A stretch of DNA of 64,000 nucleotides, from assembly GCF_006345805.1 (NCBI RefSeq), contig NC_043003.1, positions 52,390,001 through 52,454,000 of the forward strand, read 5' to 3'. Below, in pieces: positions 24,800 through 38,602 of this stretch (positions are counted from its first letter, which is position 1; every line of letters begins with the position of its first letter). The DNA is from Octopus sinensis. Its lineage: Eukaryota. The notes beneath the pieces are model-generated. The model did no database searches and had not been told where the DNA came from. It was given only the letters and a program-made list of their open reading frames with translations. The position numbers and the translations under genes are program-made.

Positions 24800-25356
24800 T
24801 AAATGAAAATTAGAGCAACAAAAATTAAAAATCAACTAACCGCTAAAATCTTTCTATAGGTCATTGTATCCGGTAAGAAGTAAAATGTCAAAATATTTTT
24901 AAGCTCCCCTCACCTATGCAAAGTATTTAACATCCGTGTTTGCAAAATAACAAAGAATACATAAAGAAAAACAACTGAACTTTAAAAAAAATTTTTCTAA
25001 GTTTTTTTTTTTTTTCGCATAGCGATGTACTACCCGTATTTACTTGTGAAATATTTTATAGTGGATCTTGCGTTACATAAACTCAATGAAATATGTGTCT
25101 AGTAAATCTTGGCAATCTTACTCTAAATTTCGTAATGTCAAAAGGCCCACTGAAAAATATGTCATGCAGAGTAATAGTGAAGAAACGTCGATTTGTTTTC
25201 GTTCTCATAGTCATATAATCCCAAAGTTGTTTTAGGAAATATCTTTTTAATGTGTGAAATTAAATATATTTTAATTTTCTGATATAATTAGTTTCTTAGC
25301 TATGCTACCAGTTGTCAGAATCACTGCAGGGTTCGTTTGCAGTTTGCATATTTGTA

Positions 25357-25930
25357 TTGGGTTGTCCGGAATGTTCGTGCCGATTTATAGTAGCTTACCT
25401 TTCGACTTATTTTAGAACATGTTCGAGTCGATAAAATAGGATTTGACTATACCTCCGTTTAGAGCACAGTTTAAGCTATCTTTTCGTGGAAGAAGGTTTA
25501 TGTTTCTATAACCTGTGTTAATTCTGTAACCCTTTAAAATGGAAGATAAGAAAGTTCATTTTCGGCACTTGATGCTTTTCTTTTTCCGTAAAGGGAAAAA
25601 TGCCTCACAAGCAACCAAAGAAATATGTGCAGTTTACGGTGATGTTTCTTTATCCGAAAGAACTGTACAGAAGTGGTTCGCAAGGTTCCGGGCTGGAGAT
25701 TGTAGCCTTATTGATAAAGAGCGATCATGCAGACCATCCACTACAGACGATGACCAAACCAAGTCATTAATTGAGAATAAACCACATTGCACAACCCGAG
25801 AATTGGCAGGAAGCCTCAACCCATCAAAACTCGTCGTTCATGAGCACTTGGTAAAACTTGGGTAATAGCAAGTATTTATTGACCTTTTTATTTCCTTTAA
25901 AAATGGGCACGAACTTTCCGGACAACCCAA
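25357..25930 (+). mobile_element. Mariner (mellifera-like) deletion derivative retaining the N-terminal HTH half
   Basis: TA-flanked; TIRs ttgggttgtccggaatgttcgtgcc and ggcacgaactttccggacaacccaa; ORF 25539-25865 MEDKKVHFRHLMLFFFRKGKNASQA...WFARFRAG...RSCRP joins the 3' UTR. Confidence 0.92.
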
Positions 25931-26437
25931 TAGTTCTGTTTAAAAGATCGGCAAATCATATTTAATTGCAAGAAACTTGATGGAAACCAACAATTCGAAA
26001 CTAGTTGATTCTTTGTCGACAGTTAGAGGTTACAATATCTTTGCTGACAATGAAGTGTTGTAATATCAAAATCCCTTTACATAAAAAAAAAAAAAACTCA
26101 ACAAATTCGATTAAGCTATACTAATAGCTAGATGCACGTACACTTAGGAAAGTAAATAGATAACAATAAATCCTGTTTTCTTTTAAGAAGGGGTAATGTC
26201 CATGACTTTTGCAAACCCTCCCAAACAAGTGAGATTAATAGAATTGATATAGGAGAAATACAGGTGAAATACATGATTCCAGTTCTGGGAAGGAAATACT
26301 AAACGAATTGTTTAATGCGGGGGTTGGTAGGTTTGAAATAGTGATGGGAGGACGATTGGATTTCAATGGACTGAGTATGCAACTAGTTAGTTCAGAGGAT
26401 TGGAGGCAATTCTATTAACATTAGAGTAGGTAAGACT

Positions 26438-26730
26438 GAAGGCATGTGGCTTAGTGGTTAGGGTATTCGACTTACGATCGAAAGGTCGTGAGTTCAATTT
26501 CCGGCGACTCATTGTGTCCCCGAGCAAGACACTTCCTTTTACGTTGCTCCAGCTCACTCAGATGGCAAAAATGAATAGTACCTGTGTCTCACTTAATCTC
26601 CCTGAGAACTACATTAAGGATACACGTGTCTGTGCAGTTTTCAGCCACTTGCACGTTAATTTCACGAGCATGCTGTTCCGTTGATCGGATCAACTGGAAC
26701 CCTCATCGTCGCAACCGACGGAGTGCCAGT
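26438..26730 (+). mobile_element. SINE family B
   Basis: gaaggcatgtggcttagtggttaggg A-box, gagttcaatt B-box, CORE-like segment, tail ggatcaactggaaccctcatcgtcgcaaccgacggagtgcc. Confidence 0.8.
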
Positions 26731-28732
26731 TTAAAGAATAGGTAGGGAGAAGAAATAGCTTGTATAATAGTTAGTGGTTGAAACTAACTATCCCAAGCAT
26801 AAACTTAAGTTAAGTGCTCTGACATGTTTCATGGATGTTTGGTTGTTGTTCAGAGACAAGCACCTTTTGCCCTTTTGATCACCAATTCCATATTGCAAGC
26901 ATTCAATAAAATTCTGCTACTTCTATTTCTCAACACTATATAAAAGTAGTAGTCTAATTTTAAACTCTTCCTTTGTTTACGACCTAACAAGGCAACCGGT
27001 TCTTTCCATCACCATCGAATTTACGGTAAATTCTAAGCTTTACTATGTCTGAAGATCACTTGTGGCCACCACAAGAAATACTTAAGCTCTGATTAATTTC
27101 TGATCCTTCACAAAGCTCAAGTAACACCTATATTGCAATACTGGATACATTTTTGGGACTATATTGTTGCTACAAATATAAATATAATAGACTAAGACCT
27201 AAAGAAGGCCATCTCACGAAGCAGCAAAGATCTAATAACCAAGTTTCAAGCACTATTATACAAACTGTTTCTTCTCCCTGTCTGTTCTAATACTAATAGA
27301 ATTAATTCTAATCCTCTGAACTAACTAGTTGCATACTCATTCCATTCAAATTCAATCGTCCCCCACCATCACTATTTCAAACCTACCAACCCCTGCATTA
27401 AAAAATTCGTGTTGTATTTTCTTCCCAGAACTAGAACCATCTCACACCTATGTTTTTCTTATATCAGACCCATTAATCTCACTTGTTCAGGAGGGATTGC
27501 AAAGGTCATGGACACTGCCCCTTCTTCATAAAAGGAAACCGCGTGAGAAAAATAAGTTGTGAGAATGGTAGAGAGAGAAGGAAAGCGTGAAAGAGGGGAG
27601 AATAGAGAGTAAGTGAGAGGGAAAGAGAGGGATAAGGAAAGTGAGGGAACGAGGGAAAGAGAGTCAAGGAAAGATACAAAGATCATATAATGTTGATACA
27701 TGAACAACTTATATCCTTTATTATTTTTGCACAAGGCCAACAGTTTTAAGGGGCAAGGAAGTCGGCTACAGTACTCGACTGGTACTTGTTTTATAGACTC
27801 TGTAAGGATGAAAGACAAAGTCGACCTCGGCGGAATTTGAACTCAGAACGAAATGCCGGCAAGCATTCGGTGCTCTAACGATTCAGTATGCTTGCTGCCA
27901 TATACATTAACAACACATGCCAGTGAACCCAACATACTGCAGGTCTATTTAGCTATTTTTGAAAGGTCTAAGAAACAAGAAGATGGCATTCGCTGGCTAG
28001 ATGTTCTTAGTGAAATTGAAGCGACATTCTTGATACCTGTACAGCTTGTGAAGTTCCGTCAAAATCAGGATTAACTTTGCAATTGCTTCTTCGGAAAATG
28101 CTGCCACATTACTTCTACGGAGACCGGGCAACACATTTTGCTTTCAAGTCTCTTCTTAAACTCGTGTACGTATGACGAAACCATTTGCAACATTGCTCAG
28201 AATTTGAGAACCGGATGAGTTCTTAAGCTGTTAGATGATTTTCTGGATTAAATACAGACTGGCACTCTAGAAAGTTCTGGAAACCCTGGAAATTGGAGAA
28301 GTTGTGAGAGAGCAGGGATCTAATGGATGTACTCAGTAGTGTTTGTTGCCAGGTGACTTCAGGATTTTGTTCTGTCAAGATAAAATTCAATATGCGCGCG
28401 CGTGTGCGTGTGCGACGGAGAGTAGCGAATATAATGGTTTGAGTGTGTAACTACAGGTTAGTAGGCGCAGGTGACAAAATCTAGTGCGTGTAAAAATAAT
28501 GTCATTTTATTCACTACTACTTCTCAGTCAGCAATCAGTTCTCCACTTTTTATCTCATACATTATACACCCTCCTTTCATATAAACCGCCTGCTTTCAAT
28601 TTAGCTGACTCTAAAGCCTGCATTTGTCCCCACACCCACGTTAATAATCACCATATCCCATTGTTATCTTCACCTTTCTTTTTATTTGTTTATAATTTAT
28701 TGTAGTGGAAATACCGACCTCCTTTTAATATA

Positions 28733-28963
28733 CAGGGGTTGGACAAAATAATGGAAACATCTAAAAATTTAAAATGAATTTTAATTACCTTTTTCTGATG
28801 ATATCTGAAAAGAAACAATTATTTTAGCAAAACATATTAAACAACACTAATGATAAATAAAAAAAACAAACTTAAAAATAAACAAGCTTTTGACGGTTTT
28901 ATAGATATTTCTAAATTATGATGCTATGATGCGAGGTGTTTTCATTATTTTGTCCAACCCCTG
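28733..28963. mobile_element. Tc1-like MITE, 231 bp
   Basis: TA...TA flanks; 27-bp TIRs caggggttggacaaaataatggaaaca and tgttttcattattttgtccaacccctg (1 mismatch); non-coding interior. Confidence 0.9.
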
Positions 28964-29629
28964 TATGAGTCAAGTTTTTAATATTTTACACCTCTTGTTT
29001 AAAAAAAAAATCTTTCCCCTTTCTCTCCTCCTCGCTGCACCTTGTTATTCTTTTTTTTTCCATTAAATATTGGCACAAATCTAACATATCTGTCTATCTA
29101 GCGTATCAGGTAACCATGTTAGGTCATTTGATAGGAAAATTCCCTGGTTACTAGTTTCGAGGGATAAGAGTTGATATGAGGTTTATAAGAGTTGATATGA
29201 GTTTTATTGAAAACTCTTGCAAGATCTTGTGTCCTTGGGAAGTCTTTCAATGAAAATTTTGGCATTCTATCGATTCCTGGCTTTTCCAGTTGTGTTACTT
29301 CTTAATACACCGTTCCCACTCTTATTTCCTGTTCTTATTATCTAATACGGTTTACATAAATGAATCTATAATAAGCAGTAAATATATTTTCACATAGTGA
29401 AATGTTTGGCAAACGTACTATATGGCATTTGTTTTGATTTATGTTTGTCAGGTCTACATCCGATTAATGTACTCTGTCTAATATTAGTAACTCTATGTTG
29501 ATTGCTGTGACACAAATGACAGCTAGACGTCAACTTGATAAACAAATCAACAGGCTTGTGAAATATGTCACAAAATGATCTACTGAGAACAAGTTACTTA
29601 TATCTATAATACCGTTTTAATAATCCCTT

Positions 29630-29832
29630 CTACTAAAAGCCTGAAATTATGCGAGAGGGGAGCAGTCGATTACATTGACCCTAGTGTTTCACTGGTACTT
29701 AATTTACAGGCCCCGAAAGGATGAAAAGCAAAATCGACATCGGTGGGATATAAACTCAGAAAGGAGCGATGGGCGAGATACCGCTAAGTATTTCGTCCGG
29801 CGTGTTAACGATTCTGCCAGTTCGCCGCCTTA
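29630..29832 (-). mobile_element. SINE family D (D2), degenerate
   Basis: Ends ...attctgccagttcgccgcctt (reverse complement of the D head). Confidence 0.7.
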
Positions 29833-29844
29833 ATATATATATAT

Positions 29845-30079
29845 ATTTTTTTTTTACTACCCACAAGGGGCTAAACACAGAGGGGACAAACAAGGACAGA
29901 CATAGTTATTAAGTCGATTACATCGACCCCAGTGCGTAACTGGTCCTTAATTTATCGACCTCGAAAGGATGAAGGGCAAAGTCGACCTCGGCGGAATTTG
30001 AACTCAGAATGTAACGGCAAGCGAAATACGGCTACGCATTTCGCCCGGCGTGCTAACGTTTCTGCCAGCTCGCCGCCTA
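29845..30079 (-). mobile_element. SINE family D (D1)
   Basis: tttactacccacaaggggctaaacacagagggg...gctcgccgcct. Confidence 0.85.
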
Positions 30080-30218
30080 GATGGAAACTAAGTATCAAGT
30101 GTTGCAACTAAATACCATATCATCGTGATCGACGAGGAGTTCTTTTCCCAGACTTGCAGTGCTTTCTTCTTGAGGTGGGTCATTTTTTTTAAATATCATA
30201 ATAGCAGAAACAGAAACA

Positions 30219-30450
30219 AAAGGCGGTGAACTGGTAGAAACGTTAGCACGCCGGGCGAAATGCTTAGCGTTATCTCGTTTGCTGCTACGCTCTGAGTTCA
30301 AATTCTGCCGAGGTCGACTTTGCCTTTCATCCTTTCGGGGTCGATAAAATAAGTACCAGTTACGCACTGGGGTCGATATAATCTATTTGTCTGTCCTTGT
30401 TTGTCCCCTCTATGTTTAACCCCTTGTGGGAAGTAAAGAAATAAGAAACA
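30219..30450 (+). mobile_element. SINE family D (D1)
   Basis: aaggcggtgaactggtagaaacgttagc...gagttcaaattc...ccccttgtgggaagtaaagaaata. Confidence 0.85.
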
Positions 30451-30594
30451 AGAAACAGTAACTATGGAAGAAAAAAGAGGAGACAACTTTGACGGCCTAA
30501 GCTCATGATATTGAATGGTTCAAATAGGTGGCCATTCAACCTGACCACCGAGTAGATGTCGCTGTACATTGAAAGACCAGGAAGCATCATGCAA

Positions 30595-30830
30595 GTGACT
30601 CAGCAAGGGCGACCTAAAGAAGAAGACCGAAAGCCTAATCATTGCTGCCCAGGATCAGGCTTTGAATACCAACTCAGTGAAAAGGGGTATATACTACACA
30701 AGTGCACCGAACCTCTTCAGAATGTGTAGAACGAGGGTCGAAAGCGTGACTCACATTGTTAGTGCTGGTGAAAGTCTTGCACAGAAAGAGTACAAGCACA
30801 GACACGACAAGGTAGCCGAAAACCTTCACT
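30595..30830 (+). mobile_element. R4/Dong-like (REL-endonuclease) non-LTR retrotransposon fragment
   Basis: Open frame LSKGDLKKKTESLIIAAQDQALNTNSVK...RMCRTRVESVTHIVSAGESLAQKEYKHRHDKVA: AAQDQAL followed by a decayed CCHC-RHD region typical of R4-clade elements. Confidence 0.7.
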
Positions 30831-31299
30831 GTACTAAAGATAAAGTAGGCATTGATTACGATAAGAGTTGATCGTGACATAGAAATGGCCATCTGAAAGT
30901 CTGTACTAAAGCTCTGATATGCAACCCACAGGAGAGGCTCTCCGAACTAACTACATTAAACATCATGAATGTCCGTAGATTTCCCGATTTTTGTAGTGAT
31001 AAAACCAAAAAGCTCTCGTAAATCAGAAGCTTAGTAAAATTCGGCGGTTTCACATTTCTTTGCCTCTCACTCTAAGAAAATCAACGACTGAGTAAACGCA
31101 GTTAAAGACACGTTATTTGATTCATGTCCAAAGCAAACCAGAGACGCGTGTAGTTTCGGATAAACTTACATCTCAATTTTCATTCAAGACCAATTCGTTC
31201 CTGTCTCTAGAGTAAGCCCTTAATGACTTTTGAATTTAGACACTATGAAAATCGATCTTTATATCCTATATCTCTACCAGTGAGTATCTGAAAATTCAT

Positions 31300-31650
31300 T
31301 TCCCAACCACAAGATCCCGGATTCAGTCCTACTGCGTGGCACCTTGGGTAAGTGTCTTCTATGGCCTCGAACCAACCAAACCCCTGAGAGTGGATTTGGT
31401 AGATGGAAACTGGAAGAAGTTCGTCGTATATAAGTATATCTATATATGTTTAGATGTGTGTCTTTGCGTCTGTGTTTGTCACCCCACCAAGTGCAGGTGT
31501 GTTTACGTCCCCGTAAATTAGCGGTTCGACAAAAGCGACTGATAAAACAAGTACCAGCCTCTAAAATTTAAGTACAGTCAATATATTTGACTGAAAATTC
31601 TTTAAGGTGGTGCTCCAGCATGGCCACAGTTTAATGACTGAAACAAATGA
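31300..31650 (+). mobile_element. Family-C SINE (5'-eroded); opposite-orientation C remnant follows at about 31790-32050
   Basis: ctgcgtggcaccttgggtaagtgtcttct...ggtgctccagcatggccacagtttaatgactgaaac. Confidence 0.75.
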
Positions 31651-32530
31651 TAGAAGTGAAATATACGTGCAGCCTTATACTATGAAACGATCGCGGGTTT
31701 CGTTCCTCTTTTATAATACGCGCATCCCGGTCTAATCCATAATAATCTTACACCACAACCAGGCTAAAACCCTGGAGATAGTATTTTACGTTTTACTTGT
31801 TTTAGTCACTGAACTGTGGCCATGCTGAAAGATGCAGTCAAACCAATCGACGCCATTACATTTTTTAAAAGTCTGGTACTTACTGTCTCTGTCTCTTTTG
31901 CCAAACTATGTTATGTGGATATATACAAGCCAACACCAGTTGTCAAAAGGAGCTGAAAGACAAATATAACACAAACATAAAGACACACACGAGCGTACCA
32001 CGCAATGGAACCGAACCGAAAACCATATTGTTGGGAAACAAAGCTTTTCAAACTACACAGTTATGTCTGTATACTTTATTCATTCACAGGCATAGACAGG
32101 ACGAGCAGACGACACTATTATTTGGAATATTGCATATAAACACAGCTGTCTTGTTGAAGAAATATACGGAAGTTATTTCGAGAGAGGAATTAAAAAAAAT
32201 GTTTTTAAAAGGAAACTACGTGAATTGCATCTTAAAAAGAATGAAGGTTTAACTACAGCTGCAGGGTGGAGCAACAATGCACAGATTGCAACTAAGTTTG
32301 AAATAGCATAGAACACTTGGAGATAAAAAATGCGCAGATGTTTTTTTTAAGCACCGTCACACAAATGGGCCAGTCGTGACGAAAGTTGTAAATGACCAAA
32401 TTTTGTAAATAAAATTAGCGAATAATAAATCATAAAGAAGGATGTCGTGAGCAAGAAGTTCGCTTTGCAGCCACGTGGTTTCGGGTTCAATCCAACCGCA
32501 TGGCACCTTGGGCTACTGTCTTCTACTATA

Positions 32531-33675
32531 TATACTTATTGCAGCAGTTCTTCAGTTTTTCTAAGCCCTGTGAAAAGAACTTCGAAAGTTGGGTATCCAA
32601 CCAGGCTTCTGTTGCAGCAATCACTTCCGAATCGGAGTGAAATTTCGTTCCCTTGGGATGTTTCTTCAGTTGTGGAAATAGGTGATATTCGGAGGGACTA
32701 AGTCTGGAGAGTATGGTGGGTGGTCGACCAATTCGAAGCTTAAAGTCGCGTATTTTACGTAGAGTTTCATGTGCATTTTCCTCCAAAAATATGACACCAC
32801 GGTTCAGCTTTCCATGGCGTTTCTGCTTCAAAGTTTCACGCAGTTCTTTCAACAGAGACATGTAGTATTCTGCTTTGATGGTATACTTTGACAGGTATTT
32901 TGTCCCAAAACTCTGAAGCCAGAATCTTTCCAGCTCACTTCTGGATTCAAAAATTTTTGAGACGCAGTGAACCTCTGTGACACAGCTCCATCGATTGAGG
33001 CTTACTCTGGGGATCATAACAAGGGATTCAAGTCGCATCCATGGTGACTGAGCGAGCTATGAAATCAGCCTCTCCCGCGGCAAACCGTTCTAAAATCGCC
33101 TTTTATGTCGTCATTCTGATGCGCTTCTGATCTGCGATCAGATATTTCGGCACCCATTTTGCGGAAAGCTTTCTCGTGTCCAGAATGTCGAGTATGATGT
33201 AGCCAGCTCTTTGGCGAGAAATCCTCAGAGTCTTAGCTATGCCTTTAGCTAAAATCCGGTGGACCTCGAGAATCATGACGTGCACAGCGTCGGCTTTGTC
33301 CTCTGTGGTTGCGAAAGTTGGCCGTCTTGATCGAGGTTCACCAGTGACTTCGAAATGACCAGTCCGAAACCTTAACACCCAGATATTCATTATGGAGTAA
33401 GATGAGCAGCCATCTTTCAAGATTTCCTTCATCTCACCATGGGATTCCGCCGCTCCTTTGCCTTGCTTCAATTTTATCGCTCGCGATTCAATTTTACAAA
33501 AATCAACTGCAGGAGCTGCCATCATGCATTAAATCTGCAAAAAGGAGAAAGATATATTGTATACCATCATGATTTTTGAATATTTTCTAAGTAGTTGTCC
33601 TGCCTCACCCTTGTAAAGGTAACATCTCTATCTTTTCGCGATATTCTTAAAGCCATGAATTTTTCAGCACTTTCG
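32531..33675 (-). mobile_element. Mariner (irritans-like) relic, one end lost
   Basis: Minus-strand KLSAKWVPKYL, YYMSLLKELRETLKQKRHGKL, LSPSEYHLFPQLKKH...FHSDSEVIAA; TIR-like tacgaaagtgctgaaaaattcatggc at 33677; distal end replaced by a SINE head at 32437-32530. Confidence 0.85.
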
Positions 33676-33693
33676 TACACACACACACACACA

Positions 33694-33766
<73 letters not shown>

Positions 33767-33935
33767 ACAGACACACACACACACCACACACACACACATA
33801 CATCGTCAGTAGCTCATATATCCGATAAAGAAATACACTCTAATGCAATAGAGCAGTAATATATGTCAAAATTTATGGCCGCTCATATAGTTGTCATTGG
33901 TTTCGCACCTATAAAGAGTTTAAACCTGCCATTTC

Positions 33936-33993
33936 AGTCTGACGAGTCGCCTATACTGGTAATCACTTTATAGGGGCGAAACCAATGATCACT
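33936..33993 (+). ncRNA. Minimal hammerhead-like motif within a 42-bp inverted repeat next to (TA)n
   Basis: AGT-CTGACGA-GTCGCCTATA(loop)TATAGGGGC-GAAA-CCAATGA-TC-ACT; helix II with one bulge, helix III with one mismatch; IR 33875-33916 and 33966-34007. Confidence 0.5.
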
Positions 33994-34013
33994 CTATGAG
34001 CGACCATAACTTT

Positions 34014-34300
<287 letters not shown>

Positions 34301-34810
34301 ATAATTATTACAAAAATGGAGATAAGATTAATAAAAATTTATCAATACATTGATAACACCTACTATTGTTTCGATTCATCGCTTATAGTATAAAATCAAT
34401 CAAATTTAATTTAATTTAATCAATTTGGTTAATCATGATAAGCCAGAATATCATCAGGAAAGAACGTACAAAGAAATTTATGTATATCGTATTGAAACAT
34501 AACGAAAACATTAAATAATCAAACAGGAAAAATACAGTGTCTCATTAAAATTAATACATAATATAAAAATATAAACAATTATAAAAATAATGTTAATGCA
34601 GATGTTTGATTGATTTTATACAATAAGCAATGAATGAAACAATTGTAGGTTTTGTCAATGTAGTAATAAGTTTTTATTAATCTCATCCCCATCTTCTCTC
34701 TTGGTTTTTATTATAATAATATCTATGTGTGTGCCTATATTATAAGGTATTCAACCAATCTAATATTGGATATTTCTATCCCTCTGAGGTTTATATATCC
34801 TCACTTGTAC

Positions 34811-34896
<86 letters not shown>

Positions 34897-35701
34897 TATA
34901 CATATACATATACATACATTCATACATACATGGTCGCTGTCCCCTCGTTATCGAGTATGTTCATTGCACGAAGCTTAATCAATGTTGTTATCGTGCAATG
35001 CCTGTGCAAGAAGATTTTTTTAAAGTGAGGAAAGGCTGTGGACTGAGTCAATCTCACTCACTAAGCAACAGCAGCCATAATCCGAAAAGAAGAACAAGTC
35101 AACATCATCGCTAACCACTGAACCGCAGGTTTTATGTCGAAGTTATTCCAGTTACCTGAGTTACCTTCTCCTAGAAGGATGCCATAACAAAGGCTAGGAG
35201 TCCTTCACTCCCAATGGTTTAACCGCGCGATCGGGTATTCAGTCCGATTACTTTTATGTCCCCGCGCATGATACAGCCTTAAGACATTTATTGGATGGCC
35301 GTTGACTCTCAAGACTTCCTCCGCCCTTTGATGGGTTTTGTTTTTCATCCCGCAGGGTGGCCAATAAACACCCTCCTCACCGAGCAAGCTTGGTGGGGTT
35401 GCCAGTTTAGTCGCCGACGACCCGACCATGCAACAGGTTGTACTGGGTTACATGTTACCAGTAGGACTCGAAAGTGACCTGATATACATACATACATACA
35501 TACATAATTAGGATAAAGTCGTTATTTAATGATTTGTCAGTGGCCAGCGTACTAACAAGACTATAATGGTTAATTTATATTGAAGTATAATTATAGTATA
35601 TAATTATAAGAGCGTTGGAACGACTTCTAGCGGACGAGCGTTGTCGTTCCAACTCCCTTATTACAATTATGTTTTATAATTATACTTAAATATATTTATG
35701 T

Positions 35702-35758
<57 letters not shown>

Positions 35759-36504
35759 GAGAGAGAGAGAGAGTGCGTGTGCGTGTGTGTGTGCGTGTGC
35801 GTGCGTGTGTGTACGTGTCTATGAGAGCTGAATGTATATTTATTTAACCTGCTGACTTCCATAGGGTTACAGCTGTTTCGCAACCTTCATGTATCATTAA
35901 TTTCAGTATAGAAGAAATTATTATATGTACGTGTTTACATTGATATGTGTAGCTAACTTTATACAATACAGAGTAAACATTGTATTACGGTGGTCTGATT
36001 AGCTTTCTTTATTTGCATTGATTTATGAATATATACTTTCATATATTGTATTGTATCGTATTGTGAATAAACAATTCTATCGTTGTGATTGTTCTTCTAT
36101 GACATGATTGGTTGTTGGCTGTGTGTAAATGGCGAGTAACACTCACGAACAATTTACAAAAGCTATATTTACTTTACTGCACATAGTTTTTGTCCTTTTG
36201 AGCTTTGGATGGAGAATAAAAACAACAATTTATACACAGTGTGAGAGACAAACTCTTGGATCCACGACAAAAGAATGGTGGATGGTACGTAAAGATCTGT
36301 GACCAAGGCCGCCACAACTGGAGAAATATCGTGCTAAGTTCATGACGGCAAATTTGTACCTTCAAACAGTAAAATAAACAAACCAATACCGGTTGTCAAG
36401 CGGTTGAGGATGACAAACACAAAGACACATACACACGTACATGTGTGTGCGCGTGTGTGTGTGTACGTGTGTCTGTATAAATAGATATAGATAGATAGAG
36501 GGAA

Positions 36505-36511
36505 ACAACTA

Positions 36512-36570
<59 letters not shown>

Positions 36571-36587
36571 GTCTGTCTGTCTGTTCG

Positions 36588-36658
<71 letters not shown>

Positions 36659-36675
36659 GTCTGTCTGTCTGTTCG

Positions 36676-36755
<80 letters not shown>

Positions 36756-36779
36756 CCTATCTGTCTGTCTGTCTGTTCG

Positions 36780-36855
<76 letters not shown>

Positions 36856-36870
36856 CTATCTATCTATCTA

Positions 36871-36915
<45 letters not shown>

Positions 36916-36938
36916 TCGTCTATCTATCTATCTATCTA

Positions 36939-36981
<43 letters not shown>

Positions 36982-36982
36982 A
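36505..36982. repeat. (TCTA)n/(TCTG)n compound microsatellite with higher-order repeat
   Basis: Marker tctgtctgttcgtctatct recurs four times at irregular spacing of roughly 90-140 bp. Confidence 0.9.
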
Positions 36983-37215
36983 CTGAAGTGTCACGCCGAT
37001 GCACATTTAAGATTAAATTCAATAACGAATTTAATCTTACAAATGCATCGTCGTAGCACGCCAGCAAATAGTTCTTAGTGCAGTGAAATTAAATTCTGTT
37101 AAAAGTTCACGAGTATAGTATTGGGCATTCATTATACACTGCCTGAACTCAACTACCAGCAACTAATATCCTTCATTCTATGTCTATCTTGGCAACAGAT
37201 AACTACACTTATTGC

Positions 37216-37253
<38 letters not shown>

Positions 37254-37264
37254 ATACACACACA

Positions 37265-37850
37265 TGAAGATCCCCTTCGGTTACGAATGACCATAGGATT
37301 GCACCTAGAAAGTTCCGGCCCCGAGGTACAAGTCTGAGCAAAGCTGTATGTGGAAGAGCAAAAGTGACCCATACATACCTATTTCTTTACTACCCACAAG
37401 GGGCTAAACACAGAGGGGACAAACAAGGACAGACGCGCGGATTAAGTCGATTATATCGACCCCAGTGCGTAACTGGTACTTATTTAATCGACCCCGAAAG
37501 GATGAAAGGCAAAGTCGACCTCGGCGGAATTTGAACTCAGAACGTAGCGGCAGACGAAATACGGCTACGCATTTCGCCCGGCGTGCTAACGTTTCTGCCA
37601 GCTCGCCGCCTTTTATGACCCATACATACCAGTCTTCCCTCTCCAGCCACTGATGTCCACGGGAAAGGTAACAGCCGATGCAGCTTGGCACCAGTGACGT
37701 CGCAACCCATTACAACAGCTGAGTGCACAGGAGCAATGTGAAATAAAGCTCTTGCTCTAAAACACAACCCACAGCCCAGTCCGAGAATCGAACTCGCATT
37801 CTCATGATTGCAGGTCTGACGCTCTAACCACTGAGCTGTGTACCTTCACT
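37265..37850 (-). mobile_element. SINE family G, split by a nested D1 SINE
   Basis: Homologous to 418-750; the two halves rejoin at the duplicated tgacccatacatacc. Confidence 0.8.
37380..37615 (-). mobile_element. Young D1 SINE with 15-bp TSD
   Basis: TSD tgacccatacatacc at 37365-37379 and 37616-37630. Confidence 0.92.
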
Positions 37851-38149
37851 CCCGCCCCATGTAACAGGCTTCTTTTAGTCTCCGTCTACCAAATCCACTC
37901 ACAAGGCTTTGATCAGTCTAGTACAAGACTTTTACTCACTGCTCCGCGCAGTAGGATTGAACCACTGGCCCCCTGCCCTAAAATTTCTTTTCTATTCAGT
38001 TGTTTAATTCTTGTGCCAAGAGTAGAAAAGTTATTTCAGATGGACTTGCCAGTAGCCTATAGTCATATTATGTTTATAATTAACAAAGCATATCAAGAAA
38101 GAATAAGTAAAAAAAAATTGAACTTCTGGACGAGTAACGTGAAGGAGGA

Positions 38150-38400
38150 TATAAAGAAAAGATCGCGCTATGCAAGCGCCTACTTTCTTCTTCGTATTTC
38201 ATTGGAGGAAAGAAGGATGATAACGACGAAGAAATCTTGGTTAGATCTTTCTAAGAAAAATGAGATTTCGTGTGTTATGATTGTAATAGAAGATGGCGAT
38301 AGCAATGATGACCTGTTGACTACAGATGATTAAAGAAATTTGTTTAAAAGCTCTCCTGACAACAGTGTTTTTGAAGGTTTTCACTAGTATTAACTGATTT
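38150..38400 (+). mobile_element. Possible pogo/Tigger-like transposase C-terminal relic
   Basis: Across frames EEILVRSF..., ISC...EDGDSNDDLL and terminal VFEGFH*, reminiscent of the pogo-type I..SFKKCGIS..DG.EDD...FEGF ending. Confidence 0.3.
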
Positions 38401-38548
38401 TATCTCACATTTGAATATATTACAGTGTAGCTCGTAATATTTTCTTTTTTTTAAACAATCTTTTCATAAATAGTGGTTCATTGCTGACAGGAAGGATGGT
38501 AAGTGGTGGCAGTGTGTGTGTGTATGTACATGTGTGTGCGTGTGTGTA

Positions 38549-38602
<54 letters not shown>

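Noticed and set aside
31908-32252. 114-aa ORF as a host exon
   Set aside because: The 5' half is a reversed SINE; the remainder has no recognisable homology or donor site
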